A DNA stretch of 64,000 nucleotides, from the NCBI GenBank assembly GCA_964016885.1, contig OZ024747.1:28706001-28770000 (forward strand), given 5' to 3'. Source of the DNA: Eledone cirrhosa (lineage: Eukaryota). Made by a program: the position numbers and the translations under genes. This document shows, one piece after another, positions 27,930-43,850 of the stretch. Numbering within the stretch: the first letter of the stretch is position 1; each line of letters starts with the position of its first letter. A model generated the notes under the pieces. That model searched no databases. It was not told where the DNA came from and saw nothing but the letters and a program-made list of their open reading frames with translations.

Positions 27930-30900
27930 AAATTGACAACATGGTACTACATTGGCAGACAGAACAGTATTGTAGATGTAAAACTGACAACATGGTACTA
28001 CAGTGGCAGACAGAACAGTATTGTAGATGTGAAATTAACAACATGGTACTACAGTGGTAGACAGAATAGTATTGTAGATGTAAAACTGACAACATGATAC
28101 TACAGTGGTAGACAGAACAGAATTGTAGATGTAAAACTGACAACATGGTACTACAGTGGTAGATAGAATAGTATTGTAGATGTAAAACTGACAACATGGT
28201 ACTACAGTGGTAGACAGAACAGTATTGTAGATGTAAAATTGACAACATGGTACTGCATTGGTAGACAGATCAGTATTATAGATGTAAAACAGACAACATG
28301 GTACTACAGTGGCAGACAGAGCAGTGTTGTAGATGTAAAACTGACAACATGGTACTACAGTGGCAGACAGAATAGTATTGTAGATGTAAAACTAACAAGA
28401 TGGTACTACAGTGGTAGACAGAATAGTATTGTAGATGTAAAACTGACAACATGGTACTACAGTGGTAGACAGAACAGTATTTTAGATGTAAAACTGACTG
28501 CATGATACTACAGTGCCAAACAGAACAGTATTGTAGATGTAAAACTGACAACATGGTACTACAGTGGTAGACAGAATACTATTGTAGATGTAAAACTGAC
28601 AACATAGTACTACAATGGCAGACAGAACAGTATTGTAGATGTAAAGCTGACAACATAATACTACAGTGGTAGACAGAATAGTATTTTAGATGTAAAACTG
28701 ACAACATGGTACTACAGTGGCAGACAGAACAGTATTGTAGATGTAAAACTGACAACATGATACTACAGTGGTAGACAGAACAGTATTGTAGATGTAAAAT
28801 TGACAACATGGTACTACATTGGCAGACAGATCAGTATTGTAGATGTAACACTGACAACATGGTACTACAGTGGTAGACAGAACAGTATTGTAGACGTAAC
28901 ACTGACAACATGGTACTACATTGGCAGACAGAACAGTATTGTAGATGTGAAACTAACAACATGTTACTACAGTGGCAGACAGAATAGTATTGTAGATGTA
29001 AAACTGACAACATGGTACTACAGTGGCAGACAGAACAGTATTGTAGATGTAAAACTGACAACATAGTACTACAGTAGTAGACAGAACAGAATTGTAGATG
29101 TAAAACTGACAACATGGTACTACAGTGGTAGATAGAATAGTATTGTAGATGTAAAACTGACAACATAGTACTACAGTGGTAGACAGAGCAGTATTGTAGA
29201 TGTAAAACAGACAACATGGCACTACAGTGGTAGACAGAACAGTATTGTAGATCTAAAACTGACAACATGGTACTACAGTGGAAGACAGAACAGTATTGTA
29301 GATGTAAAACTGACAACATGGTACTACAGTAGCAGACAGAACAGTATCGTAGATGTAAAACTGACAACATGATACTACAGTGGTAGACAGAACAGAATTG
29401 TAGATATAAAACTGACAACATGATACTACAGTGGTAGACAGAACAGTATTGTAGATGTAAAACTGACAACATAGTACTACAGTAGTAGACAGAACAGTAT
29501 AGTAGATGAAAAACTGACAACATGATACTACAGTGGCAGATGGAACAATATTGTAGATGTAAAACTGACAACATGGTACTACAGTGGCAGATGGAACAAT
29601 ATTGTAGATGTAAAACTGACAACATGGTACTACAGTGGTAGACAGAATAGTATTGAAGATGTAAAACTGACAACATGATACTAGAGTGGTAGACAGAACA
29701 GTATTGTAGATGTAAAACTGACAACATGGTACTACAGTGGCAGACAGAACAGTACTGTAGATGTAAAACTGACAACATGGTACTACAGTGGCAGACAGAA
29801 AAGTATTGTAGATGTAAAACTGACAACATGATACTACATTGGCAGACAGAACAGTATTGTAGATGTAAAACTGACAACATGGTACTACAGTGGCAGACAG
29901 AACAGTATTGTAGATGTGAAACTAACAACATGGTACTACAGTGGTAGACAGAATAGTATTGTAGATGTAAAACTGACAACATGATACTACAGTGGTAGAC
30001 AGAACAATATTGTAGATGTAAAACTGACAACATGGTACTACAGTGGCAGACAGAATAGTATTGTAGATGTAAAACTGACAACATGGTACTACAGTGGCAG
30101 ACAGAACAGTATTGTAGATGTAAAACTGACAACATGGTACTACAGTGGCAGAGAGAACAGTATTGTAGATGTAAAACTGACAACATGGTACTACAGTGGT
30201 AGACAGAACAGTATAGTAGATGTAAAACTGACAACATGATACTACAGTGGTAGACAGAACAGAATTGTAGATGTAAAACTGACAACATGGTACTACAGTG
30301 GTAGATAGAATAGTATTGTAGATGTAAAAATGACAACATGGTACTACAGTGGTAGACAGAACAGTATTGTAGATGTAAAACTGACAACATGGTACTGCAG
30401 TGGTAGACAGAACAGTATTGTAGATGTGAAACTGACAACATGGTACTACAGTGGTAGACAGAATAGTATTGAAGATGTAAAACTGACAACATGATACTAG
30501 AGTGGTAGACAGAACAGTATTGTAGATGTAAAACTGACAACATGGTACTACAGTGGCAGACAGAACAGTATAGTAGATGTAAAACTGACAACATGATACT
30601 ACAGTGGTAGACAGAACAGAATTGTAGATGTAAAACTGACAACATGGTACTACAGTGGTAGATAGAATAGTATTGTAGATGTAAAAATGACAACATGGTA
30701 CTACAGTGGTAGACAGAACAGTATTGTAGATGTAAAACTGACAACATGGTACTGCAGTGGTAGACAGAACAGTATTGTAGATGTGAAACTGACAACATGG
30801 TACTACAGTGGTAGACAGAATAGTATTGAAGATGTAAAACTGACAACATGATACTAGAGTGGTAGACAGAACAGTATTGTAGATGTAAAACTGACAACAT

Positions 30901-33900
30901 GGTACTACAGTGGCAGACAGAACAGTATAGTAGATGTAAAACTGACAACATGATACTACAGTGGTAGACAGAACAGAATTGTAGATGTAAAACTGACAAC
31001 ATGGTACTACAGTGGTAGATAGAATAGTATCGTAGATGTAAAACTGACAACATGATACTACAGTGGTAGACAGAACAATATTGTAGATGTAAAACTGACA
31101 ACATGGTACTACAGTGGCAGACAGAACAGTATTGTAGATGTAAAACTGACAACATGGTACTACAGTGGCAGACAGAATAGTATTGTAGATGTAAAACTGA
31201 CAACATGATACTACAGTGGTAGACAGAACAATATTGTAGATGTAAAACTAACAACATAGTACTTCAGTGGTAGACAGAACACTCTTGTAGATGTAAAACT
31301 GACAACATGGTACTACAGTGGCAGACAGAACAGTATTGTAGATGTAAAACTGACAACATGGTACTACAGTGGCAGACAGTGCAATATTGCAGACGTAAAA
31401 CATACATGGTACTACAGTGGCAGACAGAACAGTATTGTAGATGTAAAACTGACAACATGGTACTACAGTGGCAGACAGAACAGAATTGTAGACGTAAAAC
31501 TGACAACATGGTACTACAGTGGTAGATAGAATAGTATTGTAGATGTAAAACTGACAACATGGTACTACAGTGGTAGACAGAACAGTATTGTAGATGTAAA
31601 ACTGACAACCTTTTACTGCAGTGGTAGACAGACCAGTATTGTAGATGTAAAACAGACAACATGATACTACAGTGGTAGACAGAACAGTATTGTAGATGTA
31701 AAACTGACAACATGGTACTACAGTGGCAGACAGAACAGTATTGTAGATGTAAAACTGACAACATGATACTACGGTGGGAGACAAACCACTACTGTAGATG
31801 TAAAACTGACAACATGATACTACAGTGGTAGACAGAACAGTATTGTAGATGTAAAATTGACAACATGGTACTACAGTGGCAGACAGAATAGAATTGTAGA
31901 TGTAAAACTGACAACATGGTACTACAGTGGCAGACAGAACAGTATTGTAGATGTAAAACTTACAACATGGTACTACAGTGGCAGACAGAACAGTATTGTA
32001 GATGTAAAACTGACAACATGGTACTACAGTGGCAGACAGAACAGTATTGTAGATGTAAAACTGACAACATGGTACTACAGTGGCAGACAGAACAGTATTG
32101 TAGATGTAAAACTGACAACATGGTACTACAGTGGCAGACAGAACAGTATTGTAGATGTAAAATTCGACAACATGGTACTACAGTGGCAGACAGAACAGTA
32201 TTGAAGATGTAAAACTGACAACATGATACTACAGTGGTAGACAGAACAGTATTATAGATGTAAAACTGACAACATGGTACTACAGTGGCAGACAGAACAG
32301 TATTATAAACGTGAAACTGACAACATGGTACTACAGTGGCAGACAGAACAGTATTGTAGATGTGAAATTAACAACATGGTACTACAGTGGTAGACAGAAT
32401 AGTATTGTAGATGTAAAACTGACAACATGATACTACAGTGGTAGACAGAACAGAATTGTAGATGTAAAACTGACAACATGGTACTACAGTGGTAGATAGA
32501 ATAGTATTGTAGATGTAAAACTGACAACATGGTACTACAGTGGTAGACAGAACAGTATTGTAGATGTAAAATTGACAACATGGTACTACATTGGCAGACA
32601 GAACAGTATTGTAGATGTAAAACTGACAACATGGTACTACAGTGGCAGACAGAACAGTATTGTAGATGTGAAATTAACAACATGGTACTACAGTGGTAGA
32701 CAGAATAGTATTGTAGATGTAAAACTGACAACATGATACTACAGTGGTAGACAGAACAGAATTGTAGATGTAAAACTGACAACATGGTACTACAGTGGTA
32801 GATAGAATAGTATTATAGATGTAAAACTGACAACATGGTACTACAGTGGTAGACAGAACAGTATTGTAGATGTAAAATTGACAACATGGTACTGCATTGG
32901 TAGACAGATCAGTATTATAGATGTAAAACAGACAACATGGTACTACAGTGGCAGACAGAGCAGTGTTGTAGATGTAAAACTGACAACATGGTACTACAGT
33001 GGCAGACAGAATAGTATTGTAGATGTAAAACTAACAAGATGGTACTACAGTGGTAGACAGAATAGTATTGTAGATGTAAAACTGACAACATGGTACTACA
33101 GTGGTAGACAGAACAGTATTTTAGATGTAAAACTGACTGCATGATACTACAGTGCCAAACAGAACAGTATTGTAGATGTAAAACTGACAACATGGTACTA
33201 TAGTGGTAGACAGAATACTATTGTAGATGTAAAACTGACAACATAGTACTACAATGGCAGACAGAACAGTATTGTAGATGTAAAGCTGACAACATAATAC
33301 TACAGTGGTAGACAGAATAGTATTTTAGATGTAAAACTGACAACATGGTACTACAGTGGCAGACAGAACAGTATTGTAGATGTAAAACTGACAACATGAT
33401 ACTACAGTGGTAGACAGAACAGTATTGTAGATGTAAAATTGACAACATGGTACTACATTGGCAGACAGATCAGTATTGTAGATGTAACACTGACAATATG
33501 GTACTACAGTGGCAGACAGAACAGTATTGTAGATGTGAAACTAACAACATGTTACTACAGTGGCAGACAGAATAGTATTGTAGATGTAAAACTGACAACA
33601 TGGTACTACAGTGGCAGACAGAACAGTATTGTAGATGTAAAACTGACAACATAGTACTACAGTAGTAGACAGAACAGAATTGTAGATGTAAAACTGACAA
33701 CATGGTACTACAGTGGTAGATAGAATAGTATTGTAGATGTAAAACTGACAACATAGTACTACAGTGGTAGACAGAACAGTATTGTAGATGTAAAACTGAC
33801 AACATGGTACTGCAGTGGTAGACAGACCAGCATTGTAGATGTAAAACAGACAACATGGCACTACAGTGGTAGACAGAACAGTATTGTAGATCTAAAACTG

Positions 33901-36648
33901 ACAACATGGTACTACAGTGGAAGACAGAACAGTATTGTAGATGTAAAACTGACAACATGGTACTACAGTAGCAGACAGAACAGTATCGTAGATGTAAAAC
34001 TGACAACATGATACTACAGTGGTAGACAGAACAGAATTGTAGATATAAAACTGACAACATGATACTACAGTGGTAGACAGAACAGTATTGTAGATGTAAA
34101 ACTGACAACATAGTACTACAGTAGTAGACAGAACAGTATAGTAGATGAAAAACTGACAACATGATACTACAGTGGCAGATGGAACAATATTGTAGATGTA
34201 AAACTGACAACATGGTACTACAGTGGCAGATGGAACAATATTGTAGATGTAAAACTGACAACATGGTACTACAGTGGTAGACAGAATAGTATTGAAGATG
34301 TAAAACTGACAACATGATACTAGAGTGGTAGACAGAACAGTATTGTAGATGTAAAACTGACAACATGGTACTACAGTTGCAGACAGAACAGTACTGTAGA
34401 TGTAAAACTGACAACATGGTACTACAGTGGCAGACAGAAAAGTATTGTAGATGTAAAACTGACAACATGATACTACATTGGCAGACAGAACAGTATTGTA
34501 GATGTAAAACTGACAACATGGTACTACAGTGGCAGACAGAACAGTATTGTAGATGTGAAACTAACAACATGGTACTACAGTGGTAGACAGAATAGTATTG
34601 TAGATGTAAAACTGACAACATGATACTACAGTGGTAGACAGAACAATATTGTAGATGTAAAACTGACAACATGGTACTACAGTGGCAGACAGAATAGTAT
34701 TGTAGATGTAAAACTGACAACATGGTACTACAGTGGCAGACAGAACAGTATTGTAGATGTAAAACTGACAACATGGTACTACAGTGGCAGAGAGAACAGT
34801 ATTGTAGATGTAAAACTGACAACATGGTACTACAGTGGTAGACAGAACAGTATAGTAGATATAAAACTGACAACATGATACTACAGTGGTAGACAGAACA
34901 GAATTGTAGATGTAAAACTGACAACATGGTACTACAGTGGTAGATAGAATAGTATTGTAGATGTAAAAATGACAACATGGTACTACAGTGGTAGACAGAA
35001 CAGTATTGTAGATGTAAAACTGACAACATGGTACTGCAGTGGTAGACAGACCAGTATTGTAGATGTGAAACTGACAACATGGTACTACAGTGGTAGACAG
35101 AATAGTATTGAAGATGTAAAACTGACAACATGATACTAGAGTGGTAGACAGAACAGTATTGTAGATGTAAAACTGACAACATGGTACTACAGTGGCAGAC
35201 AGAACAGTATAGTAGATGTAAAACTGACAACATGATACTACAGTGGTAGACAGAACAGAATTGTAGATGTAAAACTGACAACATGGTACTACAGTGGTAG
35301 ATAGAATAGTATCGTAGATGTAAAACTGACAACATGATACTACAGTGGTAGACAGAACAATATTGTAGATGTAAAACTGACAACATGGTACTACAGTGGC
35401 AGACAGAACAGTATTGTAGATGTAAAACTGACAACATGGTACTACAGTGGCAGACAGAATAGTATTGTAGATGTAAAACTGACAACATGATACTACAGTG
35501 GTAGACAGAACAATATTGTAGATGTAAAACTAACAACATAGTACTTCAGTGGTAGACAGAACACTCTTGTAGATGTAAAACTGACAACATGGTACTACAG
35601 TGGCAGACAGAACAGTATTGCAGATGTAAAACTGACAACATGGTACTACAGTGGCAGACAGTGCAATATTGCAGACGTAAAACATACAACATGGTACTAC
35701 AGTGGCAGACAGAACAGTATTGTAGATGTAAAACTGACAACATGGTACTACAGTGGCAGACAGAACAGAATTGTAGACGTAAAACTGACAACATGGTACT
35801 ACAGTGGTAGATAGAATAGTATTGTAGATGTAAAACTGACAACATGGTACTACAGTGGTAGACAGAACAGTATTGTAGATGTAAAACTGACAACCTTTTA
35901 CTGCAGTGGTAGACAGACCAGTATTGTAGATGTAAAACAGACAACATGATACTACAGTGGTAGACAGAACAGTATTGTAGATGTAAAACTGACAACATGG
36001 TACTACAGTGGCAGACAGAACAGTATTGTAGATGTAAAACTGACAACATGATACTACGGTGGGAGACAAACCACTACTGTAGATGTAAAACTGACAACAT
36101 GATACTACAGTGGTAGACAGAACAGTATTGTAGATGTAAAATTGACAACATGGTACTACAGTGGCAGACAGAATAGAATTGTAGATGTAAAACTGACAAC
36201 ATGGTACTACAGTGGCAGACAGAACAGTATTGTAGATGTAAAACTTACAACATGGTACTACAGTGGCAGACAGAACAGTATTGTAGATGTAAAACTGACA
36301 ACATGGTACTACAGTGGCAGACAGAACAGTATTGTAGATGTAAAACTGACAACATGGTACTACAGTGGCAGACAGAACAGTATTGTAGATGTAAAACTGA
36401 CAACATGGTACTACAGTGGCAGACAGAACAGTATTGTAGATGTAAAATTCGACAACATGGTACTACAGTGGCAGACAGAACAGTATTGAAGATGTAAAAC
36501 TGACAACATGATACTACAGTGGTAGACAGAACAGTATTATAGATGTAAAACTGACAACATGGTACTACAGTGGCAGACAGAACAGTATTATAAACGTGAA
36601 ACTGACAACATGGTACTACAGTGGCAGACAGAACAGTATTGTAGATGT
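27930..36648. repeat. Tandem duplication of about 4.3-4.6 kb (up to 91 monomers) with later internal copy-number changes
   Basis: ORF pairs are offset 4639 (28239/32878, 28579/33218, 29726/34365), then 4282 (31248/35530) and 4285 (31857/36142). The shifts match a 357-bp (7-monomer) extra block at about 30.2-30.9 kb and a 3-bp deletion near 31404. Confidence 0.85.
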
Positions 36649-39600
36649 AAAACTGACAACATGGTACAACAGTGGCAGACAGAACAGTATTGTAGATGTA
36701 AAACTGACAACATGATACTACAGTGGCTGACAGAACAGTATTGTAGATGTAAAACTGACAACATGGTACTACAGTGGCAGACAGAACAGTATTGTAGATG
36801 TAAAACTGACAACATGGTACTACAGTGGCAGACAGAACAGTATTGTAGATGTAAAATTCGACAACATGGTACTACAGTGGCAGACAGAACAGTATTGAAG
36901 ATGTAAAACTGACAACATGATACTACAGTGGTAGACAGAACAGTATTATAGATGTAAAACTGACAACATGGTACTACAGTGGCAGACAGAACAGTATTAT
37001 AAATGTGAAACTGACAACATGGTACTACAGTGGCAGACAGAACAGTATTGTAGATGTAAAACTGACAACATGGTACTACAGTGGCAGACAGAACAGTATT
37101 GAAGATGTAAAACAGACAACATGATACTACAGTGGCAAACAGAACAGTATTGTAGATGTAAAACTGACAACATGGTACTACAGTGGTAGACAGAACAGTA
37201 TTATAGATGTAAAACTGACAATACGGTACTACAGTGGCAGACAGAACAGTATTGTAGATGTAAAACTGACAACATAGTACTACAGTGGCAGACAAAACAG
37301 TATTTTAGATGTAAAATTGACAACATGGTACTACAGTGGTAGACAGAACAATATTGTAGATGTAAAACTGACAACATGATACTACAGTGGCAGACAGAAC
37401 AGTATTGTAGATGTAAAACTGACAACATTACACTACAGTGGTAGACAGAACAGTATTCTAGATGTAAAACTGAGAACATGGTGCTACAGTGGCAGACAGA
37501 ACAGTATTGTAGATGTAAAACTGACAACATGATAATACAGTGGTAGACAGAACAGTATTGTAGATGTAAAACTGACAACATGGTACTACAGTGGCAGACA
37601 GAACAGTATTGTAGATGTAAAACTGACAATATGGTACTATAGTGGCAAAGAGAACAGTATTGTAGATGTAAAACTGACAACATGGTACTACAGTGGCAGA
37701 CAGAACAGTACTGTAGATGTAAAACTGACAACATGGTACTACAGTGGCAGACAGAACAGTACTGTAGATGTAAAACTGACAACATGGTACTACAGTGGTA
37801 GACAGAACAGTATTGTAGATGTAAAACTGACAACATGGTACTACAGTGGTACACAGAACAGTATTGTAGATGTAAAACTGACAACATGGTACTAAAGTGG
37901 TAGACAGACAACTACTGTAGATGTAAAACTGACAACATGGTACTACAGTGGCAGACAGAACAGTATTGTAGATGTAAAATTGACAACATGGTACTACAGT
38001 GGCAGACAGAACAGTACAGTAGATGTAAAACTGACAACATGGTACTACAGTGGTAGACAGAATAGTATTGTAGATGTAAAATTGACAACATGGTACTACA
38101 GTGGCAGACAGAACAGTATTTTAGATTTTAAAATGACAACATGATACTAAAGTGGTAGACAGAACAGTATTGTAGATGTAAAATTGAAAACATGGTACTA
38201 CATTGGCAGACAGAACAGTATTGTAGATGTAAAACTGACAACATGGTACTACAGTGGCAGACAGAACAGTATTGTAGATGTAAAACTGACAACATGGTAC
38301 TACAGTGGCAGACAGAATAGTATTGTAGATGTAAAACTGACAACATGATACTACAGTGGTAGACAGAACAATATTGTAGATGTAAAACTAACAACATAGT
38401 ACTTCAGTGGTAGACAGAACACTCTTGTAGATGTAAAACTGACAACATGGTACTACAGTGGCAGACAGAACAGTATTGTAGATGTAAAACTGACAACATG
38501 GTACTACAGTGGCAGACAGTGCAATATTGCAGATGTAAAACTGACAACATGGTACTACAGTGGCAGACAGAACAGTATTGTAGATGTAAAACATACAACA
38601 TGGTACTACAGTGGCAGACAGAACAGAATTGTAGACGTAAAACTGACAACATGGTACTACAGTGGTAGATAGAATAGTATTGTAGATGTAAAACTGACAA
38701 CATGGTACTACAGTGGTAGACAGAACAGTATTGTAGATGTAAAACTGACAACATGGTACTACAGTGGCAGACAGAACAGTATTGTAGATGTAAAACTAAC
38801 AACATAGTACTACAGTGGTAGACAGAACAGTATAGTAGATGTAAAACTGACAACATGATACTACAGTGGTAGATAGAACAGAATTGTAGATGTAAAACAG
38901 ACAACATGATACTACAGTGGTAGACAGAACAGTATTGTAGATGTAAAACTGACAACATGGTACTACAGTGGCAACAGTATTGTAGATGTAAAACTGACAA
39001 CATGGTACTACAGTGGTAGACAGAACAGTATTGTAGATGTAAAACTGACAACCTTTTACTGCAGTGGTAGACAGACCAGTATTGTAGATGTAAAACAGAC
39101 AACATGATACTACAGTGGTAGACAGAACAATATTGTAGATGTAAAACTAACAACATAGTACTTCAGTGGTAGACAGAACACTCTTGTAGATGTAAAACTG
39201 ACAACATGGTACTACAGTGGCAGACAGAACAGTATTGTAGATGTAAAACTGACAACATGGTACTACAGTGGCAGACAGTGCAATATTGCAGATGTAAAAC
39301 TTACAACATGGTACTACAGTGGCAGACAGAATAGTATTGTAGATGTAAAACTGACAACATGATACTACAGTGGTAGACAGAACAATATTGTAGATGTAAA
39401 ACTAACAACATAGTACTTCAGTGGTAGACAGAACACTCTTGTAGATGTAAAACTGACAACATGGTACTACAGTGGCAGACAGAACAGTATTGTAGATGTA
39501 AAACTGACAACATGGTACTACAGTGGCAGACAGTGCAATATTGCAGATGTAAAACTTACAACATGGTACTACAGTGGCAGACAGAACAGTATTGTAGATG

Positions 39601-42600
39601 TAAAACTGACAACATGGTACTACAGTGGCAGACAGAACAGAATTGTAGACGTAAAACTGACAACATGGTACTACAGTGGTAGATAGAATAGTATTGTAGA
39701 TGTAAAACTGACAACATGGTACTACAGTGGTAGACAGAACAGTATTGTAGATGTAAAACTGACAACATGGTACTACAGTGGCAGACAGAACAGTATTGTA
39801 GATGTAAAACTAACAACATAGTACTACAGTGGTAGACAGAACAGTATAGTAGATGTAAAACTGACAACATGATACTACAGTGGTAGATAGAACAGAATTG
39901 TAGATGTAAAACTGACAACATGGTACTACAGTGGTAGATAGAATAGTATTGTAGATGTAAAACTGACAACATGGTACTACAGTGGTAGACAGAACAGTAT
40001 TGTAGATGTAAAACTGACAACATGGTACTACAGTGGTACACAGAACAGTATCGTAAATGTAAAACTGACAACATGGTACTAAAGTGGTAGACAGACAACT
40101 ACTGTAGATGTAAAACTGCCAACATGGTACTACAGTGGCAGACAGAACAGTACTGTAGATGTAAAACTGACAACATGGTACTACAGTGGTAGACAGAATA
40201 GTATTGTAGATGTAAAATTGACAACATGGTACTACAGTGGCAGACAGAACAGTATTGTAGATGTAAAACTGACAACATGATACTAAAGTGGTAGACAGAA
40301 CAGTATTGTAGATGTAAAGTTGACAACATGGTACTACATTGGCAGACAGAACAGTATTGTAGATGTAAAACTGACAACATGGTACTACAGTGGCAGAGAG
40401 AACAGTACTGTAGATGTAAAACTGACAACATGGTACTACAGTGGCAGACAGAATAGTATTGTAGATGTAAAACTGACAACATGATACTACAGTGGTAGAC
40501 AGAACAATATTGTAGATGTAAAACTAACAACATAGTACTTCAGTGGTAGACAGAACACTCTTGTAGATGTAAAACTGACAACATGGTACTACAGTGGCAG
40601 ACAGAACAGTATTGTAGATGTAAAACTGACAAATAGTACTACAGTGGCAGACAGAACAGTATTTTAGATGTAAAACTGACAACATGGTACTACAGTGGCA
40701 GACAGTACAATATTGCAGATGTAAAACTGACAACATGGTACTACAGTGGCAGACAACAGTATTGTAGATGTAAAACTGACAACATGGTACTACAGTGGCA
40801 GACAGAACAGTATTGTAGATGTAAAACTGACAACATGGTACTACAGTGGCAGACAGAACAGTATTGTAGATGTAAAACTGACAACATGGTACTACAGTGG
40901 CAGACAGAACAGTATTGAAGATGTAAAACTGACAACATGATACTACAGTGGTAGACAGAACAGTATTATAGATGTAAAACTGACAACATGGTACTACAGT
41001 GGCAGACAGAACAGTATTATAAACGTGAAACTGACAACATGGTACTACAGTGGCAGACAGAACAGTATTGTAGATGTAAAACTGACAACATGGTACAACA
41101 GTGGCAGACAGAACAGTATTGTAGATGTAAAACTGACAACATGATACTACAGTGGCTGACAGAACAGTATTGTAGATGTAAAACTGACAACATGGTACTA
41201 CAGTGGCAGACAGAACAGTATTGTAGATGTAAAACTGACAACATGGTACTACAGTGGCAGACAGAACAGTATTGTAGATGTAAAACTGACAACATGGTAC
41301 TACAGTGGCAGACAGAACAGTATTGTAGATGTAAAACTGACAACATGGTACTACAGTGGCAGACAGAACAGTATTGTAGATGTAAAATTCGACAACATGG
41401 TACTACAGTGGCAGACAGAACAGTATTGAAGATGTAAAACTGACAACATGATACTACAGTGGTAGACAGAACAGTATTATAGATGTAAAACTGACAACAT
41501 GGTACTACAGTGGCAGACAGAACAGTATTATAAATGTGAAACTGACAACATGGTACTACAGTGGCAGACAGAACAGTATTGAAGATGTAAAACAGACAAC
41601 ATGATACTACAGTGGCAAACAGAACAGTATTGTAGATGTAAAACTGACAACATGGTACTACAGTGGTAGACAGAACAGTATTATAGATGTAAAACTGACA
41701 ATACGGTACTACAGTGGCAGACAGAACAGTATCGTAGATGTAAAACTGACAACATAGTACTACAGTGGCAGACAAAACAGTATTTTAGATGTAAAATTGA
41801 CAACATGGTACTACAGTGGTAGACAGAACAATATTGTAGATGTAAAACTGACAACATGATACTACAGTGGCAGACAGAACAGTATTGTAGATGTAAAACT
41901 GACAACATTACACTACAGTGGTAGACAGAACAGTATTGTAGATGTAAAACTGAGAACATGGTGCTACAGTGGCAGACAGAACAGTATTGTAGATGTAAAA
42001 CTGACAACATGATAATACAGTGGTAGACAGAACAGTATTGTAGATGTAAAACTGACAACATGGTACTACAGTGGCAGACAGAACAGTATTGTAGATGTAA
42101 AACTGACAATATGGTACTATAGTGGCAAAGAGAACAGTATTGTAGATGTAAAACTGACAACATGGTACTACAGTGGCAGACAGAACAGTACTGTAGATGT
42201 AAAACTGACAACATGGTACTACAGTGGCAGACAGAACAGTACTGTAGATGTAAAACTGACAACATGGTACTACAGTGGTAGACAGAACAGTATTGTAGAT
42301 GTAAAACTGACAACATGGTACTACAGTGGTACACAGAACAGTATTGTAGATGTAAAACTGACAACATGGTACTAAAGTGGTAGACAGACAACTACTGTAG
42401 ATGTAAAACTGACAACATGGTACTACAGTGGCAGACAGAACAGTATTGTAGATGTAAAATTGACAACATGGTACTACAGTGGCAGACAGAACAGTACAGT
42501 AGATGTAAAACTGACAACATGGTACTACAGTGGTAGACAGAATAGTATTGTAGATGTAAAATTGACAACATGGTACTACAGTGGCAGACAGAACAGTATT

Positions 42601-43080
42601 TTAGATTTTAAAATGACAACATGATACTAAAGTGGTAGACAGAACAGTATTGTAGATGTAAAATTGACAACATGGTACTACATTGGCAGACAGAACAGTA
42701 TTGTAGATGTAAAACTGACAACATGGTACTACAGTGGCAGACAGAACAGTATTGTAGATGTAAAACTGACAACATGGTACTACAGTGGCAGACAGAATAG
42801 TATTGTAGATGTAAAACTGACAACATGATACTACAGTGGTAGACAGAACAATATTGTAGATGTAAAACTAACAACATAGTACTTCAGTGGTAGACAGAAC
42901 ACTCTTGTAGATGTAAAACTGACAACATGGTACTACAGTGGCAGACAGAACAGTATTGTCGATGTAAAACTGACAACATGGTACTACAGTGGCAGACAGT
43001 GCAATATTGCAGATGTAAAACATACAACATGGTACTACAGTGGCAGACAGAACAGTATTGCAGATGTAAAACTGACAACA
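36450..43080. repeat. Paired blocks offset about 4,480 bp (about 36.45-38.6 kb and 40.9-43.1 kb)
   Basis: ORF pairs 37201/41681, 38128/42608 and 38404/42884 are offset 4480, and 36559/40988 is offset 4429. The rare variant ttttagattttaaaatgac is shared at about 38120 and 42600. Confidence 0.8.
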
Positions 43081-43850
43081 TGGTACTACAGTGGCAGACA
43101 GAACAGAATTGTAGACGTAAAACTGACAACATGGTACTACAGTGGTAGATAGAATAGTATTGTAGATGTAAAACTGACAACATGGTACTACAGTGGTAGA
43201 CAGAACAGTATTGTAGATGTAAAACTGACAACATGGTACTACAGTGGCAGACAGTGCAATATTGCAGATGTAAAACATACAACATGGTACTACAGTGGCA
43301 GACAGAACAGTATTGCAGATGTAAAACTGACAACATGGTACTACAGTGGCAGACAGAACAGAATTGTAGACGTAAAACTGACAACATGGTACTACAGTGG
43401 TAGATAGAATAGTATTGTAGATGTAAAACTGACAACATGGTACTACAGTGGTAGACAGAACAGTATTGTAGATGTAAAACTGACAACATGGTACTACAGT
43501 GGCAACAGTATTGTAGATGTAAAACTGACAACATGGTACTACAGTGGCAGACAGAATAGTATTGTAGATGTAAAACTGACAACATGATACTACAGTGGTA
43601 GACAGGACAATATTGTAGATGTAAAACTAACAACATAGTACTTCAGTGGTAGACAGAACAATATTGTAGATGTAAAACTGACAACATGGTACTACAGTGG
43701 CAGACAGAACAGTATTGTAGATGTAAAACTGACAACATGGTACTACAGTGGCAGACAGCGCAATATTGCAGATGTAAAACTTACAACATGGTACTACAGT
43801 GGCAGACAGAACAGTATTGTAGATGTAAAACTGACAACATGGTACTACAG

